Assembly (NCBI GenBank): GCA_902762295.1
Contig: CACWNX010000001.1
Location: 355,238-419,237 of the forward strand
Reading direction: 5' to 3'
Source: an uncultured Pseudomonadota bacterium
Lineage (GTDB): Bacteria > Pseudomonadota > Alphaproteobacteria > Rs-D84
DNA length: 64,000 bases
The notes beneath the pieces were generated by a model. That model saw only the letters and a program-made list of their open reading frames with translations. It searched no databases and had not been told where the DNA came from. Numbering within the stretch: the first letter of the stretch is position 1; every line of letters starts with the position of its first letter. A program made the translations under genes and the position numbers. Shown here piece after piece: positions 19,928 through 30,301 of the stretch.

Positions 19928-22330
19928 ATGGCAACATTGACACTTGGAAAATCTGTAACAATGGGCGCAGTGCAAAGCAAGAAAGGCGATTCTGTTTTTG
20001 TTGAACGTCGTCGTCGTGTCGTTGCACCTGGCAGCAACGAGTTGCGTGAAGAACCTGTGGCCCCGGTACAATCACATAATCCGGCAGACGAAAAACTGCG
20101 TGCCGTATTAGAGGCCGCACATGCCCGCGAAGAAGAACGCAAAAAACGCGAAGCTGAAGAGGCGGCGGCCCGTGCCGCGCGCGAGGCCGAAATTGCGCGT
20201 GAAAATCGTGAATACGAACAGGTCAAAGAACAACTGGCGGCGCGTGAAAATGCGGCGACACTTTCCGATGATGATGACTCGGAACAAGCGCCAGTTGTTC
20301 CCCAAAATTCACATCAGTCAGGGTTTACAAAAAAATCACAATATCATCGTAATGATGTTGATGAAGACGCGCCGATGCAATCGCGCCGTAATTCTAAATT
20401 TGGTGGCAAGAAAGATTTCACCAAGACCGGAAAAATATCATTGCAAGACATTGTTATTGGTGATGATGATGACGAAGATTCAATCGGCCTGCGCGGTGCA
20501 AATCGTCGCCGGTCCGAGGCTTCGTTAAAACGATTCCGTGAAAAGGCGCGCGCAATGTTCAATGCTCCGCAAAAGGTTGCACATGAAGTGATTCTTGGCG
20601 ATACAATTGTTGTCAAAGATTTGGCGGCTGCGATGGCAGAAAAGGTTGGTAATGTTGTTAAAAAACTGATGGAAATGGGTATGATGGTTTCCCAGAATCA
20701 ATCTATTGATGCGGATACCGCCGAAATTATCGCAGGTGAATTTGGCGCAACCGTTAAACGGGTAGAGGTTAAACCATACGCCGATTTACTTGAACGCGCA
20801 CCAAATCCAGATAACTTAAAGCCACGCGCCCCGATTGTCACAGTTGTTGGACATGTTGACCACGGTAAAACGTCTTTACTGGATGCATTTCGTAATGCGA
20901 ATGTTGTCGCCGGCGAAGCAGGCGGTATTACTCAACATATTTCTTCGTACGAGGTTAAAACAAAATCTGGTGCGATAATTACTTTTTTGGATACGCCGGG
21001 ACATGAAACATTTACGGCGATGCGTGCGCGTGGTGCCCAAATGGCAGATATTGTCGTTTTGGTTGTTGCGGCAAACGATTCAATCATGCCCCAGACTATC
21101 GAGGCAATAAATCACATTCGTGCCGCCAAGGTTCCGTTTATCGTTGCGATTAACAAAATTGACTTGCCCGAGGCAAATCCGCAACGCGTCAAAACCGACC
21201 TGTTGCAACAAGAGGTCCAGGTTGAAGAAATGGGTGGCGATGTTCAATGCGTAGAAATTTCTGCGAAACAAAAAATTGGACTGGATAAACTAGAAGATGC
21301 TATATTATTACAGGCGGCGATGATGGACCTGCGGGCAGACCCTGACATGCCGGCGATTGCCACAGTGGTAGAAGCGAAAATGGAACGTGGCCTTGGCGCG
21401 GTTGCAACCGTTATTATTCGCCAGGGAACATTAAAGATTGGTGATGTGTTCGTTGTTGGTGAAACATTTGGTCGGGTGCGCGGTTTGATAACATCAAATG
21501 GTGAACGTGTAAAGATGGTAAAACCGGCGCAACCGGTTATGGTCTTAGGACTTGATTCTGTGCCGGCGGCCGGTGACCAGTTAAATGTTATGGAAACCGA
21601 TGCCCAAACCCGCGAAGTTGCCGCATGGCGCACACAAAAGGCGCGTGATAAAGCAAACGCAGTAAAGCGTTCGTCGCTAGAAGAATTGTTTGCGCGACAA
21701 ACAACCGATGATAATAAATTGACATTGCCGGTTGTCTTGCGTGCCGATGTCCAGGGCAGTGTAGAGGCGATAACCGATATGATTCGTGGTATTAAAACCG
21801 ATAAAGCATCGGTGGAAATTTTGTCTGCCGGTGTTGGTCAAATTACCGAAGGCGATGTCCGTTTGGCGACTGCATCGGGTGCGGTGATAATCGCATTTAA
21901 TGTCCGTGCAGATTCGGCGGTTCGTGATATGGCGCGTAATGCACATGTTGATATTCGCTATCACAGTGTCGTTTATCGTATTACCGATGAAATCAAAGAA
22001 ATATTGTCGGGTAAATTGGCACCAGAAAAGAAAGAAAACTTTATCGGATACGCAGATGTTATCGCATTGTTTACGGTTGGCAAGGGTACACGCGTTGCCG
22101 GTTGCCGTATGACCGAAGGCACCATAAAGAAAGATGCCTATGTCCGTCTGTTGCGTGACAATGTTGTTATATACGATGGAAAAATTGGGGAACTGCGTCG
22201 TGAAAAGAACGAGGTCAAAGAAGTTTCGGGCGGTGTAGAATTCGGTATGAGTTTTGATAAGTATAACGATTTGAAGGAAGGCGACCGCGTTGAATGTTAT
22301 GAAATTCAGGAAATCAAAGCGCAGTTATAG
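19928..22330 (+). CDS. infB: Translation initiation factor IF-2
   Basis: [38 protein letters not shown]. Confidence 0.98.
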   Translation: MATLTLGKSVTMGAVQSKKGDSVFVERRRRVVAPGSNELREEPVAPVQSHNPADEKLRAVLEAAHAREEERKKREAEEAAARAAREAEIARENREYEQVKEQLAARENAATLSDDDDSEQAPVVPQNSHQSGFTKKSQYHRNDVDEDAPMQSRRNSKFGGKKDFTKTGKISLQDIVIGDDDDEDSIGLRGANRRRSEASLKRFREKARAMFNAPQKVAHEVILGDTIVVKDLAAAMAEKVGNVVKKLMEMGMMVSQNQSIDADTAEIIAGEFGATVKRVEVKPYADLLERAPNPDNLKPRAPIVTVVGHVDHGKTSLLDAFRNANVVAGEAGGITQHISSYEVKTKSGAIITFLDTPGHETFTAMRARGAQMADIVVLVVAANDSIMPQTIEAINHIRAAKVPFIVAINKIDLPEANPQRVKTDLLQQEVQVEEMGGDVQCVEISAKQKIGLDKLEDAILLQAAMMDLRADPDMPAIATVVEAKMERGLGAVATVIIRQGTLKIGDVFVVGETFGRVRGLITSNGERVKMVKPAQPVMVLGLDSVPAAGDQLNVMETDAQTREVAAWRTQKARDKANAVKRSSLEELFARQTTDDNKLTLPVVLRADVQGSVEAITDMIRGIKTDKASVEILSAGVGQITEGDVRLATASGAVIIAFNVRADSAVRDMARNAHVDIRYHSVVYRITDEIKEILSGKLAPEKKENFIGYADVIALFTVGKGTRVAGCRMTEGTIKKDAYVRLLRDNVVIYDGKIGELRREKNEVKEVSGGVEFGMSFDKYNDLKEGDRVECYEIQEIKAQL

Positions 22331-22345
22331 TGTTTTACGACCATA

Positions 22346-22376
22346 AAATATGCCCCGAAAAAATGGGGCGTATTTT
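22346..22376. terminator. Bidirectional terminator between infB and der
   Basis: AAAATATGCCCC-GAAAAAAT-GGGGCGTATTTT. Confidence 0.65.
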
Positions 22377-22383
22377 ATGGTTT

Positions 22384-23718
22384 CTAATCAAATGGGTTGT
22401 CGGATTTTTTGTATTCAATGGTAATGGGTAAATGTTCCCATTTTAATGCGGTTGCCAATCCACGTCGCAGATATCGTGTATAAGATTCTGGGATATCCGA
22501 TGCACCACCAACATGTATTGTTATGCGCATTGGGTGTCGTCCGGTTTGCGATGCAAATTTGATTTTCATTGGACGTTTTAGTCGCGACATTGGTGGTTGA
22601 CGATTTGCCACTAATTCGCCAATGATTCTATTTATCAAACTGGTTGGTGCGGTCGCGGTAGAAATGTCCCACTGTTCATAGATTCGTTTAAACATGTTTT
22701 GCACGCCGGTTCCAGTCTGGGCGGAAATGGCAAGAATCATTGGCTTTATAATTTGGTGAAATGAATTTGTAAATTGATGCTTTAATTTCAACAGTTTTTC
22801 ATCGCGTTCGTCCGCCGGCACCATATCCCATTTATTTAACGCAACACAGAGTATTTTCCCGGCATCATAAACGCGCGCCGCAATCCCCAATGCCTGGTTT
22901 TCAATGTTTCCGGTGGCATCAACAACCAATATTACAACATCCGATTTCTCAATCGCATCCAGTGATTTTAATGCCGCCAATGTTTCAACATCGTCGTGGA
23001 CATTTGACTTTCGCCGTAAACCCGCCGTATCCATCAGTAATATATCACGACCATAAAAATGCGCTGGAATTTTTACTGTATCGCGGGTGACACCAGGTTC
23101 GTCCTTTACAATCTGGCGATTTTCGCCGATTACGCGATTTACCAGTGTTGATTTTCCAACATTTGGTTGCCCCAGAATTGCAATTTTGACACGATTTTCG
23201 GCTTCGGTGCGTGTTTTGTTATCGTTATTTTTTGGCGAAATTTTATCAAGGAATTCAAATATTTCATCAAATCCAGATTTGTGTTCCGCCGAAATCATCA
23301 CCGGTTCACCAAATCCCAATTTATAGAATTCATGAATATCCGCCATACGCCGCCCAGATTCAGATTTGTTTACCAACAATAACACCGGTGCGCGTGTTGC
23401 CCGACGAACGGTTCGCGCCCAGTCGGCATCTTCGGCGGTTAATCCGACACGCCCGTCAACCACAAACAAAACTGCATCGGCATCTGATATTGCGCCGATT
23501 GCCATATCGGTTGAATCGGCGGCTATGCCGTTTTTTGCGCGTTCCAGTCCCGCTGTGTCACGAATTTCATATTCGGGATTATTTGCGCATACACCGTATA
23601 TTGTATCGCGTGTCACACCAGGGCGGTCATGCACAATCGCATCGCGTGTATGAGTCAGCGCGTTAAACAGTGTTGATTTCCCAGTATTTGGCCGTCCAGC
23701 AATTGTTATTTTTATCAT
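22384..23718 (-). CDS. der: Ribosome biogenesis GTPase Der (EngA)
   Basis: Two GTPase domains (GRPNTGKSTLFN..GVTRD; GQPNVGKSTLVN..GVTRD, DTAGLRR, NKWD) plus a KH-like tail. Confidence 0.96.
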   Translation of the reverse strand: MIKITIAGRPNTGKSTLFNALTHTRDAIVHDRPGVTRDTIYGVCANNPEYEIRDTAGLERAKNGIAADSTDMAIGAISDADAVLFVVDGRVGLTAEDADWARTVRRATRAPVLLLVNKSESGRRMADIHEFYKLGFGEPVMISAEHKSGFDEIFEFLDKISPKNNDNKTRTEAENRVKIAILGQPNVGKSTLVNRVIGENRQIVKDEPGVTRDTVKIPAHFYGRDILLMDTAGLRRKSNVHDDVETLAALKSLDAIEKSDVVILVVDATGNIENQALGIAARVYDAGKILCVALNKWDMVPADERDEKLLKLKHQFTNSFHQIIKPMILAISAQTGTGVQNMFKRIYEQWDISTATAPTSLINRIIGELVANRQPPMSRLKRPMKIKFASQTGRHPMRITIHVGGASDIPESYTRYLRRGLATALKWEHLPITIEYKKSDNPFD

Positions 23719-23786
23719 GTGTTTTTCCGTTGATTTTTTTTCATTATAAAGCAAAAATATAAATAATCAAACCAAAGGGGGCATAT

Positions 23787-24383
23787 ATGATGCAAAAAAT
23801 TAAACGTTGGTATAAATCGGTTCGTGGTGTGATTGTAAACCCCAAACGGTTCTTTACAAAAATTGTTGCCGATGGCGATATTGAAGAATCTATGTTGCGC
23901 GCATTCATATATGGTATGATTGGTGGTATATTGGTACTGGCGATGCGCTTAATTGGTGGCGCAACAATCACCATAAATTCTGTTTTTATTGCATTGGTTA
24001 TTGTACCGGTGATTGCGGTTGCACTGTTATTTGTTGGTGGTGGGCTGATGATGTTGGTGTCAGAGATAACCGGTGGCGAACGCGACTGGGAAATTGCGAT
24101 AAAGGGATTAGCATCTATATTCTTTATATATCCGGTTATATTGGTTATGAATGCATTGGCGTTTAATTGCACATCGCTTTGGATAATCAGTATTATTGGT
24201 GATGCGTATGTGTTATTTTTGTTCTATAATATTGCATTGTATTGTATGCGTGGACGGCGTGGTGCGGTTATAACCGTTGTTGGAATAATCGCTATATTTA
24301 TGCTGACGGTGTATTTAACAAATTATCATATTGGTTGGTTTTTGTTAAAGAACACCGGTGCGGCGCTATCGTGTTTGTTATAA
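23787..24383 (+). CDS. Yip1-like multi-pass membrane protein
   Basis: N-terminal VIVNPKRFF motif and about five hydrophobic helices. Confidence 0.65.
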   Translation: MMQKIKRWYKSVRGVIVNPKRFFTKIVADGDIEESMLRAFIYGMIGGILVLAMRLIGGATITINSVFIALVIVPVIAVALLFVGGGLMMLVSEITGGERDWEIAIKGLASIFFIYPVILVMNALAFNCTSLWIISIIGDAYVLFLFYNIALYCMRGRRGAVITVVGIIAIFMLTVYLTNYHIGWFLLKNTGAALSCLL

Positions 24384-24420
24384 AGAATTTCGGGCGCAAA
24401 ACTGCGCCCGTTTTTTTGAA

Positions 24421-25155
24421 TTATTTTTTTATTAGTTCACCGGTTTCGGCATTAAAAACTTCGGAGCCAACAACAATAGTTTTATTACGGTATTCGGGCG
24501 CGCGCGATTTCTTTATCGCCATACGCCAATAAATTGCGCCATCGCGCATGCGCAGCGCGTTCAAATGATTATTGGTATCAACCAAGTAAATTGTTTCGCC
24601 GGTAATGATGAATGGGTGTGCCGTGCCGATGTCCGTACACCATGCGGAATTTCCGGTTTTGTCAGAAATCTTGCAAAACGCATCGCCAAGTCCACCAACA
24701 TACACATAATTTTTATATATTTGCGCCGGTGCAACAATATCAACAACCGATGCGCCACCGGTCATATTGCTTTGGCGATATACATCGGCAATCCATACAA
24801 TTTGACGATTACGTGGGTTAACCTTTACAAATTCACCGGTTGATAACCCGGCATAGACATATCCGCCATTACAAATCGGTTGACGCGTTCCGGACACATA
24901 GTTTCCGGTTGCAAATCCCGAAAATATTTTTCGTTCGCCGTCCCACAGTGTGTTATCTGACTTTTGAACATATGGGCAATCATCATATTCAACCGGTGCA
25001 ATATTTTCTGGTGCATTTGGAACCGGTGTATTCAATATATTTATTGAATCTGTTTCAAAAATACTGCTGCGCACACCGGGCAGAATCGGGTCGTGTTTAT
25101 CACATGCCGAAATCGCCATTGTTATACCGATTAAGAAAAATATTTTTTTCTGCAT
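24421..25155 (-). CDS. Short BamB-like PQQ beta-propeller lipoprotein
   Basis: Lipobox ISAC, ILPGVR.SIF, blade-ending Trp repeats (QIVW, NSAW, GAIYW); follows a YfgM-like gene near der. Confidence 0.7.
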   Translation of the reverse strand: MQKKIFFLIGITMAISACDKHDPILPGVRSSIFETDSINILNTPVPNAPENIAPVEYDDCPYVQKSDNTLWDGERKIFSGFATGNYVSGTRQPICNGGYVYAGLSTGEFVKVNPRNRQIVWIADVYRQSNMTGGASVVDIVAPAQIYKNYVYVGGLGDAFCKISDKTGNSAWCTDIGTAHPFIITGETIYLVDTNNHLNALRMRDGAIYWRMAIKKSRAPEYRNKTIVVGSEVFNAETGELIKK

Positions 25156-25159
25156 TTTT

Positions 25160-25810
25160 CTACCTTAACGATTCTGCATCCGAACGAATCGCCGCCGGTG
25201 CATTTGAATCATCTATAATTTTGTCCAACCATTTATTTGCCGCATCCCGATTACCCGATGCGATGTGTTTCTGGGCAATGGTTAAACACGCGGTATAATA
25301 GAACGGTGATGATTTTGTGGCAACATCACCAAGGTATTTTTCCAGTTCGTCTGCCGTCATTTCATCACCACGAATGCCAACAATATGCATCTTTGCCAAA
25401 TCACGAAATTCGCGTGTTTCGCCATCGCGTGCTAATTCATCCAACTTTGCGACATCGTTGTCAATCAAGTACGCATTAAACATCGCTAAATCCGCGGTTG
25501 CGCCACTGGTATTGCGCGCAATTCCCGCCAATGCGTTCGCATCGGTGTTTGCGATTGCTGTTTCATAGTTCTCGGCGGTTGCCATTTTTGATGCATAGTG
25601 TGTACGAATTCCAATTTGAATTCCGGTCACGATAATCATTATGCCCAATGCCACCGCAATCATAATTTTGCCATATTTTTTTATAAATTGCTGGGTTTTT
25701 TCGTTATTTACATCTTCCCAAACCTCACGATAAAGCGCATCTTGGGCGTGTTCTTCGTATGATTTTTCTGGGGCTTTGACTTTTTTATTACGTTCCAACA
25801 TATTTGCCAT
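25160..25810 (-). CDS. YfgM-like TPR membrane protein
   Basis: LYREVWEDV..E...Q..KKYG followed by one TM and a helical domain; yfgM-bamB-der neighbourhood. Confidence 0.75.
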   Translation of the reverse strand: MANMLERNKKVKAPEKSYEEHAQDALYREVWEDVNNEKTQQFIKKYGKIMIAVALGIMIIVTGIQIGIRTHYASKMATAENYETAIANTDANALAGIARNTSGATADLAMFNAYLIDNDVAKLDELARDGETREFRDLAKMHIVGIRGDEMTADELEKYLGDVATKSSPFYYTACLTIAQKHIASGNRDAANKWLDKIIDDSNAPAAIRSDAESLR

Positions 25811-25877
25811 AGAAATCTCCTGTTGTTATTCTTTGGTACCTTGATAATTTATATTTTCTTGCTATACTATAAACATA

Positions 25878-26801
25878 ATGACGAAACAAATCAAGAACGC
25901 TTTGGTGCCAAAATCTGAAACCGGAATTACCGTCCCGACATATGGGGATGATTCCGGATTGGCGGGATATATGCGGACAATTTCTAAATTTCCGATACTT
26001 TCGGCGGAACAAGAATACGAATACGCATCAAAGTGGGTGCGCGACCATGATAACGAAGCGGCGGAAAAATTACTGGTCAGTCATTTGCGATTGGTTGTTT
26101 CGGTCGCCTATGATTTTCGCAACTATGGAATCCCGGTTGGCGAATTGGTGGCAAGTGGCAATATGGGCTTGATGCAGGCGCTACAAAAATTTGACCCGGA
26201 AAAAGGTTTTCGCTTTTCAACATATGCGATGTTTTGGATTCGTGCCGAGATATATGAAACGATATTGAATAATTGGTCAATTGTGAAAATTGGAACATCT
26301 GCGAACCAGAAACGCGTGTTCTTTAACCTGGCGCGGGCAAAGCGGGCATTGGGGATTATGGATGGTAATTTATCGGACGAACAAACCGAAAAAATTGCGG
26401 CATATCTGGATGTGCCGGCGGATGATGTCAAACGGATGTCTACGCGAATTGTTGCACGCGATTTGTCATTAAATTCGCCTGCCCGTACCAGCGAACAAGA
26501 CGGCGCTGATATGCTGTCAAACATGGCAGATAACACCGACAGTGTTATTGAGAATGTTGAACGGCATGAAATGATGGTTCGTGGTGGTGCGTTGTTAAAA
26601 AAACATTTGGCGGCATTACCGGAACGTGACCGTGAAATTCTGCGTGCGCGTCGCCTTTCTGAACCGGCGGTGACGCTGGAATCGTTGGCAAAAAAATATA
26701 ATATTTCACGCGAACGTGTGCGTCAGATTGAAGAACGCGCATTTAATAAACTGCGTGATGCAATACTGTCTGAAACCACAGGAAACAAAGATGTTAAATA
26801 A
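25878..26801 (+). CDS. rpoH: RNA polymerase sigma-32 factor
   Basis: SHLRLVV, GLMQA..KFDPEKGFRFSTYAMFWI, RpoH box VKIGTSANQKRVFFNL, ISRERVRQIE. Confidence 0.95.
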   Translation: MTKQIKNALVPKSETGITVPTYGDDSGLAGYMRTISKFPILSAEQEYEYASKWVRDHDNEAAEKLLVSHLRLVVSVAYDFRNYGIPVGELVASGNMGLMQALQKFDPEKGFRFSTYAMFWIRAEIYETILNNWSIVKIGTSANQKRVFFNLARAKRALGIMDGNLSDEQTEKIAAYLDVPADDVKRMSTRIVARDLSLNSPARTSEQDGADMLSNMADNTDSVIENVERHEMMVRGGALLKKHLAALPERDREILRARRLSEPAVTLESLAKKYNISRERVRQIEERAFNKLRDAILSETTGNKDVK

Positions 26802-27807
26802 AATTTATTTTGGGGCGCTTGGTGTAATTTTTCCAATATGTGCAAACGCGCTGTCATATCGTGCGGGTGATTTTAATTTTGCGATGACGGGCTATGGAAC
26901 GGCGGGTATTATTGAACCGGATTTTGACAAGCCGGATTTTATCGGTGATTTTCGTGTCCGTACCCAGGCGACATACAATCCAAATAATACACACAGTTTT
27001 GGTGCGGTATATATGATTGACGAAATCGCCGTCAAAGAAGATAAATGGTGGCACGATGCATTTGCATTTTGGCAATGGCGCGGTGTTGGACGCATTGAAT
27101 TGGGCTTGACCGATTCGGTCGCACATAAATTGGGTTTGGGGTTGCCTGATGTCGGCGGATTGCGTTTGAATCACGATTCACTTATTTATCGGAAAATGGG
27201 AACCGCCGGTCCGGTGATTGCCGACCCAACAATTACAAGCGGTTCGGAATCATTGCGTGCAAATATTGTTGCGGCACATAATTCAAATGTCCAATATGGC
27301 GTTTCGGTTGCGGGTTTAACCGGCGACTATGATTACAGCATAGATGCAGGGATAAAGATTAAAAGTTCCGATGCAAAAACAAAATTTGCGGTATCGATTG
27401 GTGCGTCTTATATGAATCACCCAGACGAATTTTCAACCGATACATTTACGCCGGCGGTGACCGCTGATTGGCGTGGCCAGGTTTATACCGGACTGAATAT
27501 TCAGTATAACAGTTTTATATTCGGATTAACGGGGCGCATTGTATACGATGAAAATCCGGTTGGCCCGGCGGTTGATGGTTTTGTTGCCGGTGCCGGTGTC
27601 AGTTATGATTTGTTAAATTATACACTGTCATTATCATATTTGTTCTCGGATACGGGTATATGGCACGATGGCGATACAATATCTCGCGATCATACAACGG
27701 TTGCATCATTTCGGTATAAATACAGTGAAAATGTTGATGGCTGGACATCAATTGGTATGTCACGAACCCAGCCATTTTTGGCTGCTGGTATCCGCCTGAC
27801 ATTTTAA
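26791..27807 (+). CDS. Outer-membrane porin-like beta-barrel
   Basis: Signal peptide, GRIELG motif, amphipathic strands and C-terminal Phe (GIRLTF). Confidence 0.75.
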   Translation: MLNKIYFGALGVIFPICANALSYRAGDFNFAMTGYGTAGIIEPDFDKPDFIGDFRVRTQATYNPNNTHSFGAVYMIDEIAVKEDKWWHDAFAFWQWRGVGRIELGLTDSVAHKLGLGLPDVGGLRLNHDSLIYRKMGTAGPVIADPTITSGSESLRANIVAAHNSNVQYGVSVAGLTGDYDYSIDAGIKIKSSDAKTKFAVSIGASYMNHPDEFSTDTFTPAVTADWRGQVYTGLNIQYNSFIFGLTGRIVYDENPVGPAVDGFVAGAGVSYDLLNYTLSLSYLFSDTGIWHDGDTISRDHTTVASFRYKYSENVDGWTSIGMSRTQPFLAAGIRLTF

Positions 27808-27812
27808 AGAAT

Positions 27813-27848
27813 AAAAAAACACACCCCATCTGGGGTGTGCTTTTTTTT
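27813..27848. terminator. Bidirectional terminator
   Basis: AAAAAAACACACCCCA-TC-TGGGGTGTGCTTTTTTTT between convergent genes. Confidence 0.75.
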
Positions 27849-27859
27849 GCAATTTATAC

Positions 27860-28861
27860 CTATTGTAATTCTTCCAGTAATTGCTGCAACCGTTCTATTG
27901 CATCTGAATCATTCAATGATGCCGCAATCGCGTATGCAGATTCTAAATCACTGCGTGCAGAATCTGTATTGCCAATGTTCAGATTCAATGCCGCCGATTT
28001 TTCAAAATAATTCATTGCACGCATAGACAGGTCTTCTTTTTGTTCCATTGTTGTCGTGCCTTGAATTTGTTCGGAAATTACACGAATTGCCGCGGTATAA
28101 TCATCTATCGCGGCGGCATATTCACCGATTGCGGTGTATGCTTCGGCGCGTTCAGCATAGACGCTGGCGCTGATGGTGCCTTCGGGGCGTGCCAAAGAAT
28201 TTGTATAATCGGCAACCGCACCTTCCCAATTTTTTGCCCAAAGGTTTAATTGACCGCGTTTTGCATACAAATCGCGCAATTGCAGAATATTATTTGGTTT
28301 TGCCGCATATGTTGCCAATGCGTTATTTATATCATTCATTGCCGATTCAAAATCTTCCAGACGCGTGTTTAACAAAGAACGGTCATAATACGCAATGGAA
28401 TTTTCTGCATCCATTGCTATCGCGGTATTAAAGTCATTCATTGCATTGCGATAATCACCAATTTGCATATATGTTTCGCCACGCAGAATGTATGCATCAA
28501 CCATATTTGCATCCGATTCAATCGCGGTTGTTAAATCGGATATTGCGCCGTCAATATTGCCCGACAATATTTCTTTCTTGCCATGTTCATAATAATCCGC
28601 CGGTGTTTCCAATTTTTCTTCTTGGATACCGGAATCAACCACTTCAACCCGGGTGGTATCTGTGTTTGTTGCATCTTTTGTGAAATGACCACGACCCAAA
28701 ATATAGAATGTCGCTGCGATAAAGAACAAAATTATAAACCAATAAACATAAATAGACAGTGACCAAGACGATGTCCTACGCGAACGCGCAGATGTTTTTA
28801 TATTTACGCCCTGAACTTCGGATTTCTTGGCTTGCGCCTTTTTTTCGTTATGTTTTTTCAT
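27860..28861 (-). CDS. Membrane-anchored TPR protein
   Basis: One TM followed by repeated AY..RG..Y..IGDY..A..DF..AI TPR units. Confidence 0.85.
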   Translation of the reverse strand: MKKHNEKKAQAKKSEVQGVNIKTSARSRRTSSWSLSIYVYWFIILFFIAATFYILGRGHFTKDATNTDTTRVEVVDSGIQEEKLETPADYYEHGKKEILSGNIDGAISDLTTAIESDANMVDAYILRGETYMQIGDYRNAMNDFNTAIAMDAENSIAYYDRSLLNTRLEDFESAMNDINNALATYAAKPNNILQLRDLYAKRGQLNLWAKNWEGAVADYTNSLARPEGTISASVYAERAEAYTAIGEYAAAIDDYTAAIRVISEQIQGTTTMEQKEDLSMRAMNYFEKSAALNLNIGNTDSARSDLESAYAIAASLNDSDAIERLQQLLEELQ

Positions 28862-28887
28862 ATAATCCCCCTTACTTCTTGGTTGGA

Positions 28888-29589
28888 TTATAGAAAGTTT
28901 TGCATAAGTTCGTCAATGGTTTTTTCATCCAATTTTACAATTTTCCCAACCGAAATATTTTTTATACTAACTGGGCCATACATTACGCGGTGCAATGTGC
29001 GCACCGGCAGCCCACAATGCTTTAACACTATGCGGATTTCATTCTTTTTACCTTCGGTCACGGTGATGCGTAAACGATGGTCCGGCATCACTTCAATTTG
29101 CATTGGGCGATATCGAATACCGTCAATTGTCACACCGCGACGCGCCTTGTCCAATTTTGACATATTGTTTCCAATAACATCGGCAACATATACACGCGGA
29201 ATATTTGAATTCGGCATAGTTAATTTTCGCGCAAGCAAGCCATCATTTGTCATTAACAATAGTCCGGTGGTTTTATAGTCCAGTCGCCCGATGTATCTAA
29301 GGTGCCGATATTCCGGTGGTAAAATGTCATAAATTGTATTGCGTCCACGCGGGTCACGCGTAGTTGTCATTGTGTTAATTGGCTTATGAAATGCATAGAT
29401 TTCAGTATTTTTTCGTGGTTCTATTTTTTTGCCATTTATTATAATTTCATCATTTTCATCAACGAACATTACCGGTGTTTTGGCAGTTATTCCGTTTACC
29501 GTCACAGCGCCCGCCGCAATCATCTGTTCGGCACCGCGACGCGATGTCACGCCACTGTCTGATATAAATTTTGCAATTCGTATTTTCAT
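28888..29589 (-). CDS. rluB: RsuA/RluB-family rRNA pseudouridine synthase
   Basis: S4 domain (SRRGAE..I..G.VTVNG), IGRLDYKTTGLLL, EGKKNEIR. Confidence 0.8.
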   Translation of the reverse strand: MKIRIAKFISDSGVTSRRGAEQMIAAGAVTVNGITAKTPVMFVDENDEIIINGKKIEPRKNTEIYAFHKPINTMTTTRDPRGRNTIYDILPPEYRHLRYIGRLDYKTTGLLLMTNDGLLARKLTMPNSNIPRVYVADVIGNNMSKLDKARRGVTIDGIRYRPMQIEVMPDHRLRITVTEGKKNEIRIVLKHCGLPVRTLHRVMYGPVSIKNISVGKIVKLDEKTIDELMQNFL

Positions 29590-30245
29590 TTCATAATCTT
29601 TTCTGTTGCAATAACCGCCGCCAATTCTGCACGAAGAATTGTCCTGCCAAGTGATACCGAAACCGCACCCGCAGTATCCAATACCGCAAATTCCGAATCT
29701 GAAAATCCCCCTTCGGGTCCAACCAAGATAGATTTGATATTACATGGCACTTTGTTTTTTTCTTTGGTGGAATATGCGGTGCGTTCATCGGCAAACGCCA
29801 TGTTTTTCAAATCTAACTTTGCAAAGGGAATTGGTTCAGATATTTCGGGAATACTGTTTCGGTTTGATTGTTCGGCGGCCTCGGTCGCGATTTTTTTTAT
29901 GCGCCCCCAGTTTACATGATGCGCAACCGTTCGTTCGGTTATAACCGGAACAATTCGTGCAACACCCATCTGGGTCACCATGTTTACTAAATCATCCATG
30001 CGCTTTATTGGTGCAATGTAAAGTGTTATATCGTTTGACGGATCGTGGTGCGCGGTTTTATCACCAATAATCAGATTTTTCCCATCATCCGATAAATTTG
30101 CATTAAATTCATCGCCCGAATGAAAAACCAGGCAACTTTTTGTCCGCATTACATGCAATAGATAGTGTGCCGTATCGCGTGCCACCGGAATAATATCATT
30201 GGTTTTTATATTTTGTTCAATAAAAATTCGTGGAATATTTTTCAT
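29586..30245 (-). CDS. rsmE: 16S rRNA m3U1498 methyltransferase
   Basis: AHYL.HVMR, EAAEQSNR, VGPEGGFS, SLGRTILRAE. Confidence 0.95.
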   Translation of the reverse strand: MKNIPRIFIEQNIKTNDIIPVARDTAHYLLHVMRTKSCLVFHSGDEFNANLSDDGKNLIIGDKTAHHDPSNDITLYIAPIKRMDDLVNMVTQMGVARIVPVITERTVAHHVNWGRIKKIATEAAEQSNRNSIPEISEPIPFAKLDLKNMAFADERTAYSTKEKNKVPCNIKSILVGPEGGFSDSEFAVLDTAGAVSVSLGRTILRAELAAVIATEKIMK

Positions 30246-30301
30246 AAAATTCAAATTTCCGTGTTTATAATCTTTCTTTTTTCTGATATAATCATATCAC
30301 G

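Noticed and set aside
23787-24383. Yip1 gene splitting yfgM-bamB-der as a mobile insertion
   Set aside because: No flanking repeats or compositional shift; consistent with general gene-order scrambling.
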